This document shows, in pieces, positions 25,491 through 38,600 of a stretch of 64,000 nt of DNA. Position numbers and translations under genes: made by a program. Within the stretch, counting starts at the first letter, position 1. Every line of letters starts with the position of its first letter. Source of the DNA: Fimbriosthenelais zetlandica (lineage: Eukaryota); NCBI GenBank assembly GCA_977030845.1, contig OZ365109.1:35836001-35900000 (forward strand), written 5' to 3'. The notes under the pieces are model-generated. The model was not told the origin of the DNA and ran no database searches. It worked only from the letters and a program-made list of their open reading frames with translations.

Positions 25491-28282
25491 GCTCTCATTA
25501 GTTTCTCTAATTGCTGGTTCATCCAGCGCCCCACCAGTCTACTATCAGTTGGAAGCAACGTTGGAGAAGGATTATAATTACCCTCTTGTCAAAAACACTT
25601 GCTTCGTGAAGCTACTCCTGGATGGAGTCATCAGTAATCAATGTTCCATTCCAATCTCCTAATTCTTTTTCATTCCAGCGAGTTGGCACCATCATCATTA
25701 AGTTTAGCTAGGAGGTATCAAAACATTGGGATCTTATAGATTAATACCATAAACATTACGTAAAGAGTCTAGGTCATTATAGCAGGTGAATTCTTATTGA
25801 ATCGTAATTCAATAACTAAGTTGTAAAGTATTCGATTTGATTTTTTTTTGCAACAAGGCGCACGTTTCATATTGACCCGTGAAAGGTTGGCACAAGAGAT
25901 ATTGGAATTTTTATTCCATATAATATAGAACCTGTATATACTATATTAATATGGAACATTATTTCCATTCACATTACATTGTACCTAATGACAGACATTC
26001 ATTAATTTAATCATGTCCATATAGGTAGTTGAAATATCTTATTGAATAGAAAACCATGCGCCGTCTGCGCCAATGCATTATACGGTCCCCTAAAGAAACA
26101 GGTGGATTTTGTGGAACATTGGTTGATTTTGAGCTCTGGGAGTCCATTCCTGATTTAGCATCTCGATTCATTAGCCGCTAATGAACATGTTGATTACGGG
26201 CCTGGACTACCCACTCCTCCGTGCACTCACGGCTAGGCCTGCTAAACAATCCTTTAATTACAGCTTTTAAGTTTCCACACCATAGAGGGGGGAATGCTGG
26301 AGGATTTTCTTAGCTTTACCAGTTAAGCCTAAGAGCAGAATATACCCGCAGAAGAAAAAGCTTCCATAGTTATGCAAGCTTGTTCTATGCGTTGAGATTG
26401 TTGGCTTATATGGAGATGTTTAATGTTACTTGGCCTTGAACGACCTGAGGAATTAACTTTGGTAATGAGAGATCTGGCTCTTCCGGTTGGTGAGTGTTTA
26501 CACAAATTTGTTCTCTCCTATTTCGACCCCTTCGATATGACATTCAAGGCAGTCCAATACCATTATTAATATTAATATTTCAGAGTTTCAATGTATATGC
26601 AATTGGAATGTAATTTTACATTATTTTTATTGATTGCAACCCGAATTGTTTCATCCTATTCATCCACCCAATCATTAATTTAAATTTCTTTGATTCCCTC
26701 GGGGTAAACCTAATACCCTTTGTTAGTGGAACAAACTCCCATGCTCTCCTGAAATTCCATTGTGCATGTACCTCCGTATAGACACGTCCCAACGGCCGAT
26801 GGTGTCAATTTTACTAGAGGAGAGTTTATATAATGGAATTTGCTTAACCAATAATATGATTTTGCATGGGTACAATGAAAATATAAAGTGAAATGCAACC
26901 AGCAAAAAAACAGTACATGTATATAGATATACATTATTCTCTTTCAATTTCAATTTTAATTTCAACCAATTTTTGATCAATTATCATTGTATGCTTGATT
27001 TTAAAATAATGTTTAGGACATTTTGAAAAGGTTCATGGATTCCATTACAGGTTCATTTCTTTATGAAATACAGTATTCAACAACCCATTAACCTAATTTC
27101 ATTGATCGCAGAGTATTCATGGCACAAGGATGTAAAACCAAGTACTGTACTTCAAACTGGCCTAAAGACTGAAAGGTTGAAAGGTCGATGTGTTCTTTAG
27201 CACACATGACTTTGGCCTTTAGTGTTGACAGATTCTTTAGCATGATTGACATTCTTTCACCTCCTCTGACCAGGATATTTTTAAAGCTTCTCTGAGAAAA
27301 TATATTACATTAGTTAGCCTCTGACTTTGTTTTCTCTAGTATTTAACTTTGGCATTCTGCACAGAATAAAACCTCAGACCAGTTTTTGTTAAATTGGAAC
27401 ACTCATTTTAAAGAGATTCTCGGATGCTTTTGGTTTATAAATAATAATTTAGGGAATTTTACGGGTTAGATATTTTAAACTGGTTATAAGATTAATATCA
27501 TAGGCTACTCTATTTTCTCTCGTGTAATAATTAGCTATCTTCACTATTGCAATCATGGAGTCCCTTTTTAAGCGAGAAACAATATAATTTATATTTAGTG
27601 TATATATGCATAGTCCCACACTTGGGCAAAAATCGACAGACTCCAAATCCCATTCTCAAGGGAATGGAATAAAGCCACCTGTCAATAACTCTATGAACCA
27701 ACTATCTGTCATATATTGAAGAATACATGTGAATGAACTATCAGGAGCACAGATGGCTTCATTATTATTGTACCCATGTTCAGCAGTTACATTATTTCTG
27801 GAGTTTCCCAGTGAGGAATTGGCGTATATTATATAATACCTGGGCAAGCGCGAACGTTCTTTTTTCCTTAGCGAAAGGACTCAAAATATGTTTAGCCACA
27901 TTGAGTTTCTTTTAGCCACAGAAAATTATCATACTTAGCGCTAGCCCAGAATACTTATAATCTGGCTAACATGCAAGAGATTTCATGTTGTAGCCTATAG
28001 CCTGATGTAGCCTGTTTCCGTTGTCCACTTTTGGTGTATAACTAGGCCTATATAAACAAAGTCTGGCTATAGATTCAGACCATGAGGACGATGATACCCT
28101 AGGGATGTGAGAGCAGCATAACCGGGGAAGATGAATGATGGGAGGTTATTTAGTGGGCTGTGTACAGTATAGGACCCCGTTCATTGCAACCGACAGAGAC
28201 CACAGTGGTGTTGAATGATTAAAACACATCGTCAGGAGATCACCAATAGAACATATTGTAACCAGTCTGACTTCTACATGTA

Positions 28283-28503
28283 TTATTGATTGATTGAATG
28301 GGGTTTAACGTCACTTTCAACAATTTTTCAGTTATATCATGACGGTGCCTACTTGTGACAGTGAGCCCAATGCTCTTTTATAGTGCTGCCTCACTGAGGT
28401 ATCATGTCGCAGGCACATGACATGATATCTCACCCAGTCACATTATACTGACACCGGGTTGACCAGGTAGCACTGTCCTCTTTTTGCTGAGTGCCAAGCG
28501 AGG
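28283..28503 (-). mobile_element. SINE 3' fragment with (ATTG)n tail, resembling invertebrate Meta-type SINE bodies
   Basis: Minus strand reads CTTGGCACTCAGC...GGTGTCAGTATAATGTGACTGGGTG...CAGTGAGGCAGCACTATAAA...GACGTTAAACCCC(AATC)n. Family name is from recollection, not a search. Confidence 0.6.
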
Positions 28504-30754
28504 GACCTCTAGATGTATTAAATCATCTTGATAATAATCACGATTTCATTACATTTTTAAAATACGTTTAATCTACTACCTTTTATATTATTTAAAAAAA
28601 AATATATTATAAATAATATTTCTAAATAAATATGCTTTATAGTTTAATTCTCTAACTGTAAACTCAATTGGCTTGGAGATTCATTTTATGGTCAATATGA
28701 GTTAATGATCGTCATGGTCAATATTAATAATCCTATTGTAACTATAACAGCAGAACTGTGCAATAAAAACCCCTTTAATTCGAATTTAATGTGATCAATG
28801 GTTTTACCATTGATCACATTTAGAATATCTTTTGTGCACATTTTATGGTAGCCTATGAAAATAATTGATTTCATTGATCGATAGAATTGATTCCATTTCT
28901 TGATCAAATTAATGTTCAAAATGTTTTAATTAATTAAACAATATTTATAAATTTATTATCAAATTACATGACCTTAATGTATATATTGCCATTAGGTTAA
29001 TATTTTCCAATATATCTAAATAAGCAAAACAGGAAAGAAATCGAAACGTCAGCGAGCAGTGGGATGTTCAGCTAAGATAAGATGTCCTTCCCAGCAATTG
29101 CCCAGGAGAGGTCTTACAGACAATAATCATGTTTCATCCAAATGTCTTTTCTGTGTCGTTGCAGTCCGGGCCAGGGGAGCAAAAAGCGTTGGTATTTGAG
29201 GAAATATCTGCTCATCCATTTCCCCACCAATATTTGCCTCGTCGCTGCGCCATGGCCGGGATCCACTCTTCCTCTCACTTCTCTACTTCTGCTTAAAACC
29301 AAAGTCAATCGTTGACTTCCTCCATTCACCTGATGATCAGTATTCACCCTGCTGCTTGTCATTCACCACGCCACGTCTTATCGACCAAACCAGCCTCCAT
29401 TCCCACAACTTAAAACACCGTATAAATTATAGGGAGGCTTTCTTTACAGCTCTTTGATTCTTGATTCTATAAGAAACCACCTTTTCATATAGAGACGCTG
29501 CATATAGAGAGTCGTGCCCTTTCTTCTATACTTCCAATTCACTCCCAGCTCTCTACAAGTCATAAAAAGGCGTTGGATGGAAAGACGGTTACATTGGACA
29601 GGAATTAATACCCCGTGCCCCTAAAAGAAATCCTCATCTAAGAGAGCCTTAATTCGAAGGTCAAGTTTCCCCTCTGGCCCGACTCAATGCGGTCACTGAT
29701 TGAAGCGCTCTATGGATTTTTTCCAGCTCAGTAATGGACGTTGGTGACGTCTTTCTAGACGTTGTCTGACGTGAGAGCCTAAGACGATCCTCTTGGGATT
29801 AGGAACAAATTCTCATCAATGCTAGGCAATTATTTTTTTCCGCCTCTGTCGTGGCAGAAGGCTCTACCCATCAACCTTATGTTCCCCCAGTCGTGAGCGG
29901 TGGAAACATTCGCATCGTCGTTACATTTCCTGTCGGGCAGAAGACTAATGTAGCGGACAGAGCAATATGATGTTTCTCAAGCCAGCCGGAATTGGCAGTC
30001 CCGTCGATGGCAATATTCTAAAGGGTTAGACACCAGACATTCCCGGTGGTTTTTCGTCCTGCCAACATTCAAAAGTATTATTTGCATTTCTCTTCATAAT
30101 CCTGGATTGTGCTGGCTCAAGCAAGGATTTCGTAGCTAGTCCAGAGTAAAAGCCTTCCGGTGATATCACTCCCATAAGGTTAAAGCAGTATATTTAGTCA
30201 GATTATAGTATATTGTATAAGTCACTGGCACGAACCAGTGGTCAAATGATGAAGCAGGAGTCTGTGCAGGCTGGTCTACATTTCCGGGACTGGTCAATCC
30301 TGTAGGCTTTACATGCCATACCAAGCACTATTACCAGTCACTTAGTGATACAGTACATCAAGTTCACTATATATGTTCAGGATTCAGACCCTGCTTAGAG
30401 TCGCCCACAGAATAGCATTTAGAAGTACGTTGGAGTGATTCCCATAGAAGAGAGTGGAGATATTTTGATGAATATGAATAGGATAAAAGAAGACCCACAA
30501 CAATAGGCTTGTATGTGATTCACTGCTGTTTTACAAACCATGACGTAGGCCTAAACTAGGCCTAAACAAGATTCATACAAGGTGTCTTCTGTGATAAGAT
30601 TTTAGGTAACAAGGACAGCAGTTACTTTATTATTGTTGACAGTAGTAGGCCTATAGCAGCTCAGATGGCTACATATATCTCCCGTTCCCATTTTATTTAA
30701 TCAGACCATTAAAAACACCGTTAGTGAAGAACGTTTATCACCATATCATCAGCT

Positions 30755-32656
30755 ATGACGTCCACCACACCCAGAGCCGGAAGTGTTGACCGCCTACGCA
30801 GGCCACGTGACAAGCGGCCGGTAGGGTCACGTGCCGCACCACGCCGGAAGTCAACACCTCTTGACAGGAGGAGCATGTTCCTTATGGAAGCAAATGAGAT
30901 CAGTCAATGTCTTCAGAAGCACTATGTAAGTAAACAAGTCACTATTATTAACTCAGTGTATGCCATGGGAGAAAAGCACAATGTATATGGAAAAAATATT
31001 GGCATTAAATAAGCATGCATCTATACCCATCTTCCTAATATAATTTACGGGTATACTTTAAAATCAATATTTAATGAACATTTTTTATATTTATAATTTA
31101 TAACAAATTTCTATATAAATAATATTTATTAAATATTAAAATTGATTTTGTATGAGGGTGGAATAATATTCTTACAATATAATGTATGTATACAGGTAAT
31201 CCCCAAAATGTGTTTCCTTCACTTTTAATTTATTTTTTCTTTATGATCCACTTTTTGTTTCTATTATCAACCCATAATCAATCTTTTCAAAGATAAAATT
31301 CATTCTAAGCCTGGGCTCATTTTAGTAATTGCTGAATACAGCAACCTTAAATACATCAAATAGCTTTCTGTAATGGGCAAATTCCAAGAGAAACCATAAA
31401 ACCTACAGCACATCATGACATATATATATAGAGGTTAAAACAGGTTAACCCTTTAATGCCGACCAGTGCATATATGCACTACCGCAAACGTACGAGGAGT
31501 GCATAAATGCACTCAAACCTGAATTTAGCCAAAGTAGAGCGAGGAATTTGCTTCAATTTGGTGAAAAAATCTTTCGAAAATTCCAATTAGAAGTGAAGAT
31601 GAGCCTTTCAAAGTTAGCCAGATCAAAATTTTAGCTACAAGACCGATTTCCCAGGAGCCGGGATTTTGAACCAGAAAAATGAAAGAAACTAGAAAATGAA
31701 GTTTTTCATAAAAATAGTAATGGGAATGTTATTATTCATTATTTTTCTATTTCCTATCCGATTTTAATCATGTAAACTTTATTCAGAAGCTGAGAATCAG
31801 AACTGGGTCAGAATTATTTAAATTTAATATTTCGAGTGTTTCTGTTGCCATGGCAACGGCAGAATTGTGGCTTATTCCATTTTTGCCCCCAAATCGGTTA
31901 CCATGGAAACCAAAATGGCCACTTACAAAATTATTGTTTTTCTGAAAAAAGTAGTTCACTGAATTTAGTGCAAAAAATGCTGTAGGGGGCAATTTTATGT
32001 TTTTTAAATTTATTTTTTTATTTTTTCTCATTTTTTGCCCTAAATAATTAAATAAAATGGATCTTTTTTAATGCGATTTTCTGAAATTCTCCTATATTCA
32101 AATCATTGTAACTTTTTCCATAATTGGGCCACTGATATAATGGTTACATGTTTGGAATCAGAAGAACATGCTGAGAATTCTTGTATAAGAAGTATAAAGC
32201 AAAGAATAAATTAAAATATTCTTCTGAAGTGTCAAAAAATGGTCAATTGGCTCTTTTGAGGGCTATTTCAGGGTCCCCGTATTGAGGGAACAGTAACTTT
32301 TATAGGGCTCGGCATTAAAGGGTTAAGTAGACACAAAAAGAAAACGACAAGCTTCAGAGTGACATTTTGATGCACTCCCTTCACAATGTACCTGCTCTTA
32401 GAGAACAATGTATACTGTCTTAAATACCTAAAAAATGAACACTAAATGATTGACTAGGCTACATATGCTTTTGCACAAGGGCGATTTATATAATTCATGC
32501 CTATGCAGTGGACAATATGATATAGGTGGCTACTTTGTTTGGTGTATAGAAGCTCTCTTGGCGGAAAAAAAAATCAAGTAAAAAGAGAAGGAAGGAGATA
32601 AAGAAGAGTACATAAACAAAATAATGTCATCTTCAGTCCATGGTCAGAGGACAGAG

Positions 32657-32692
<36 letters not shown>

Positions 32693-35600
32693 GGGGGGGG
32701 GGGGGGGGCGAGGGGGGTCGGTATCCATTTATTAATGTTTCAGTAGTGCAGTGAGAGGTGGGACACTCCAGAGTGGCCCTGGTCCATGTTTATGACCCCA
32801 TTCCACATAAAGACGTAGACTTACAGACCTCCTCGGGATCAAGTTTAATCATGGCACCTCGATCCTCCACGACTCACATCTTGTCCCATGAGAAAACAGA
32901 GATTCAGTGGACAGAGATACATACCACTGGTATTAAAAGGGTTAACTAAATGAACCATATATGATGTGTTTTCACGAAATGAGTCTAAAGTCGCACCGGA
33001 TTTTCTCTCTGCAGTCACTACCTTTATTTTTTGAAATTGTTTTTAAAATATCAATATTTTTCACATCTCCTTTTACTATATATCATTGAAAAGCTTATAA
33101 TCTGCACTATACGGATCTGTACCTAACTCCAAATCTCATTTTAGCGACTTTAGACTCATTTCATGAAAACACGTCACATATGTTCCCTCTCGATCAACAA
33201 TGTACACTTTTTAAGCTTTGAATAATAACGTAACAAGAAAAAATCATGTCAACTTAAATACAATCTTTCTGTACCGGTAAAGTAGATCCTATAGCTACTG
33301 GGAGAGACTAGATCTCCCATAGACATTGTTATTTTTCCAAAGTCATGTTTTTTTAAATGTAAGTCAAGGAAAAAGAGCTTGTACCATTGTATGAACTCAT
33401 TATCAGAGCATACAATGAGAAAAAAAACCATATCATTATCATCCAGGGTCTTCACACCGAGTAGTGAAACGAAACACCAGTCGCAGCGTGAAAACAAGTT
33501 ACACTTTGTTAAACAATATTGAAACTCTAGACTAGAATGAGTTTTTATTATACTGCACATTTCTTTTTGAAACGGGCCCCAGTCATATTTTAAAATGAGC
33601 CTCATACATTGTCGTAACCTCTTATAGAGGTCTTCTTAGTGTGCGCTCTCTATCATAATGCTGTTTTACTTTTGGCTATGGGACAATTGCATTGATGCCA
33701 ACCTATTAAGATTCAAATCACTGTCTCTTGTTTGTTACTATGATGATCTCATATAACTTTCATATCACCATTGTTGATCTTCCTCCAGACCTTCGTCAAG
33801 GCAGGTGATGCGGATGGGGATGACCCAGATGCTATGGTCAAGGTCATTAACAAAAAACTGTCGGTCAGTTGTCTGTGGCCCGTCTCTAAACTTAAAGAAA
33901 GGCTCATACGAATGCGGAAATTGGTCTATCAGGTAGGTGGAAGATACAAATTGATACAAAAATGTTCATTAATATATAAATTGAATATTTTGTCCAAGGA
34001 ATCATGTGTCATGTAAACATCTTGCTTTTGAAACATGATATTTAGTATACTATAATAATGACAAATCCATTAATAAGTCAGATTTATATATATTTTCATA
34101 TGTGATTTCACTGCATATATTATCAGCATTATACATATTATGTCAGATATCATGTTAAGTCAATATTTGTCAGTAATAATGTTTTAAGAGCTGGGAGGTT
34201 ATTTGCATTGCTATCCAGGAATTCGGTATGCATTGTTAATTCAGTAGACCTGTTTTTACACTTCTGGTATGCAAACTTTATGGTACTTTTCAATTTTACT
34301 TTGAAAAACTTAAATTGAAATAGCTGGAGTAATTGGAGCATATAATGGCTCACTTCACACTCTATTATTGTCTCGGCTGTTGAGATAATTCATTTCTACC
34401 AGGGGCGCTTAGAGATATTCTTGTAATTAAACCAGTTATTTCTAGCACAATGTGCAACAGATAAAATCACTTGCTGCAAATTATTTGGAATCTGATTTAA
34501 TAAAACTCACACGTTGGAATCATGCATGGGCTTAAATGTTTCATGACATCATTATATATGACGCCAGACTTTTGTTACGAAACAGGCGCTTGGGAAACGT
34601 ATCCGGGCAAATTTAAGATAGAATAATTCAAGTAATATTCTGTATTATAATGAATATCATAATAATTTCCTTATTTCATACAATATACATGTACATCTAT
34701 TGGATTTAGGCCTATAGTACACTAAAGTAGATCCTATAGCTACTGGGAGAGACTATAGATCCTCCATCTAGGCCTATAACATGACTAGTTAAAGAAGTAC
34801 CTGTGGGGTCCTCAGCTAAAATGTCACGCTCTTTTTTGCGGGCTTTATGCCCCGAACGTATCCAAATTCTTCGAGACCTAAAATGACATTTTTATTTGTT
34901 TCTCCCCGATCTCCCTCTGTCTGTAGTCTGACACAGAGACCTCCAGCTTGTCAGCCGATGCTGTGTTCTTCGACCCGGCGGACACCTGGGTGAAGGAAAG
35001 CTGTGATTGGGAGGTGGAGCTGAGGTATGGAGGTAAACCAAACGCTGCTACCACCTCCACCTCCACACCACGCAGCCACACTGCCTCCCCATCCTCCTCC
35101 TCCACTTCAGCTTCTCCTGTGCCTGGACTAGGTCGCTCCGGCAACCGAGAGTCAGAACAACTACCAAGGTGCGTGAACACTATACTATAGTTTATTATAC
35201 CCCTGATACTGATCTCCCATAGCCTTAACATAGGAGTCTGATATTGGCATCAGAGTGCCATAATTTGTCCTGTATTGCACTCTGTGACGTCACAGACATT
35301 GTTTCTGTATATAGATATAATATTAGTACTCATATTACCTTGTGTGAGTGTGTAGGGTATAAGTATATGTATAGGATGACACATCCATATGAAATATTGC
35401 TATGTCTATGTTTAATTGACACCTGTTTGAACACGTGGCCTTTATCTCTAAAGTGTCTCTCGGATTTTACTATAGTGTTTTTCAGTTTTTGTGTACATAC
35501 CAGTATAGCATAACCAATACCCTCAGTTAGTTATGTGTGCGGAATTCCCCCGCAGAACCACAGGTGGGCGATTGGTGTATCCTCTCCTTTTCCTCTGTCG

Positions 35601-38600
35601 TGCCAAACTTGGAATTTTTACAAACCGATTCACTGGAGTCCATGTTCACGTGTGGCCGCCTCGAGGCAGTTGAGTTTAAAAGGGGGAAGGATACTCACTG
35701 GTGAGAGTAAGGTGAAATCTGTCTTGGAGATTGACTTCTTGTGGATTTATAAGTGACATAAAATACTGGGATGTCCGTCTCCCATGGATACACATGCATG
35801 GAGGATCTGTTGATAATAATTACCCGACTATCAATCGTTCACTTACTCAATGGCAGACCAACACTGGTCCTGACATAAATGGCCCTCAGCTAAGGACATA
35901 GAGAGCCTATCAAATGAGCCGGCTATCACTATGCACACCCCAATCTTAATCCCCCTCTGAGAGATTTTGCACTTTCAATTTGATAAACGCTTTTGGGGGT
36001 GACAAGCACGAGAAATATGTCATCTAATAAGATCCCAAGTACGTGGTTAGGCACAAAGAGTTTATTCGACATGCTTGAAAAGACACAAGTCAGTCTGTTC
36101 ACAGCGAATGAAGCACTTCACTGTAGAGTGGAACTTCCACTATAATGACGCCTCTGATTTGAGAAACACCTCCAAATCTAAATTTAGTCAATAGTTGTTC
36201 ATATTTCCAACTTCTTGAGGTGTTTATAATGGCTCTACTGATTAGGGAATGCCTCCATTTTAATGAACACTCTTTCGGACTAGAGTGGTTCGCTATAGAG
36301 AGGTTTCCCTGTATTTATAGGTTCTAGCTATAGACTAAGCTGCATGCCTGTGTCACACGACCATTCACTGGTCTTTTATCATTATAGCTTAGCTTGGATC
36401 AACATTGCAAAGGCTAATAACTGCACGCTTGATACCAGTGAAATTCCGATCTGTCATGCACGCCTATACGTCCCTCGAGATCCAAACATTTGATGGAAAT
36501 TACATTTCGCAGCCAACTAAACCACATGGCTCTATAATTTATATGGGGGCATATACTTTGGGGAATTTTTCATGTAAACGTGTATTAATGTGCACACATG
36601 TGATCTCAGCATTTTAACCTGAGCCCATGTCCGTGGAACAAACCCGCATAGGCCATTCAATAATATTGGTCAGTTATATGTAGGCCTAATATGCATGCCT
36701 AATAGGTGGACGAGTGGAAATAACTTGTGTGACTCAATTGGACAACATACTCAACATGGATTATACTTTCTATACACATCAATATAATATGACAAGGTTT
36801 GCTATTATTTTGTTATTATAATTTTTCTTGACTATAATTCTACATTGTACCATAGGCATAGTGTATGGGCTAATGTAGCGTATCGTTCCTGAGTCACAGG
36901 CCTCTACATGCATAATGTTTGTTATGTATACTGTTAGGAATGTATCTTGTTGGCATAATACCATACATTGATATACATATAGAAAATCCTGGTTGATATT
37001 ATTGCCACTACTTGGCCTGTTTTTGAACTAAATTGCACTGTATTAACTTGGTGTGAGGCAGCATGTATAAACGTACCATTGCTGATACTGTTAGCTTTGT
37101 GTCAACAGCTTGTTTCCTCTCGTCCTGGGTGGATGTTAATCAATATACAAAAACCCTGTTATGAAAGAGCCCCCCATTACCATTGTATGGAAGCTATTAT
37201 ATGAGAACTATTTGAGATGAAAGATAGCCTATTTTATCCCATAGTATAATGCGATCTTTTCGATTATGATTTTCTAGTATTTATCTTAGCAAAGACAGGT
37301 GTACATTCGGATATCGCATGTGTGTTAAAAGCTGTATACATGCCGTATCAGATCTGAGAGTCCATAGTTTACGTGTGTCATATTCATGTCAGCAAGATGA
37401 CTAATAATGAACGACTATAACCCAATATTTGAATACATTTGTACCTGTTTTCTTTCACCTGGGTTGCAACTCATTGAGAATGTCGATAAGTAGGGATTTA
37501 TTGTCATTATTCTTGGGACTGCATCTACATTTACCACAAGAAAAATGCGCTCATCCAATTTCCGGTGTATAACATAATTGGCTAATTCTTCTGAATCGGT
37601 TCCCATGCAGGTAATCTCGATTATACAACGCGAGAGTGGTCAGTATCGGATCTAAACCTTGCACATAATAGCGGTACCTATTTAAAAATTCATAGAACGA
37701 TGTGATAAAGGCCCCCTATAATTTATAAACTGACAGTCTTAATAGCATTTATAATACTATAGACCTATAGCTTTGTTTATATTAGCAATATTTCAACTTT
37801 CACCAACATTCCCGTTCCAACTATATGGCTGTGTCGGTGAAGGGAGAAGCAAATAAAACTCTAGCACATATATACAGCAATATAAAGATACCATAGACAC
37901 GCGCCTAAGGCTATAGTGGGAGAAAATCCATCACTTACATTTAGAGGTGAATACCCTTGGGTATATTACAGGCAGTTGGAACCAGAAGCCTACAAATTGC
38001 CGTAACGTGTGTTTTCTCAGAGATTAACGTGAAGAAGTGTAGATATGGGATTTTAGGAGTAAAGCCCGACATCCACCAGCCCGATTTTTATCCCGATTTT
38101 GCGATCTTAAGCAATCACAGGCGATCGGGACCACCAAAAAAGATCCGTTCTGATGATCGGGCTAGTGGATGCCAAAATCTTGCATGGGATCGGCGCCGAT
38201 TTTTCAATAGCAAATCAATAGAGAAATGATCCGTAACGACTTTATTTTGATCTTTGCCGATCACAAAAATCGGTGCCCTCAAAGATCGTACAGTGGATGT
38301 CGGGCTTAACTGCGGTACCAGTGGGCAAGGGGAGAGAGATGTGGGGATAAAGAGAGATCGAGAGAGATGGGGAGGGGGAGGATGGGGTATAGAGAGAGAG
38401 GGAGAGAGCTTGAAGCGTTGTAACTTTTATGAATTAATTACATACATGTAATTAATGGGTGGTGACGAGACCTTATTAACCATCACTGAAAAATTAATTC
38501 TGGGATTAAAACCACTCCCGCCCCTGCCTCCGGAAATTAGAGCCCTGGAGACCATGCAACTGCCATATGGCCACAGATAACTACTTATCAGGAACATTTC

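Noticed and set aside
29040-30500. Moderately GC-rich block resembling a decayed retroelement or exon cluster
   Set aside because: No RT, integrase or transposase motif and no consistent exon chain in any frame.
36123-36312. Possible Tc1/mariner MITE remnant (GTGGAAC...GTTTCCCTGTA)
   Set aside because: Termini too degenerate to support a call.
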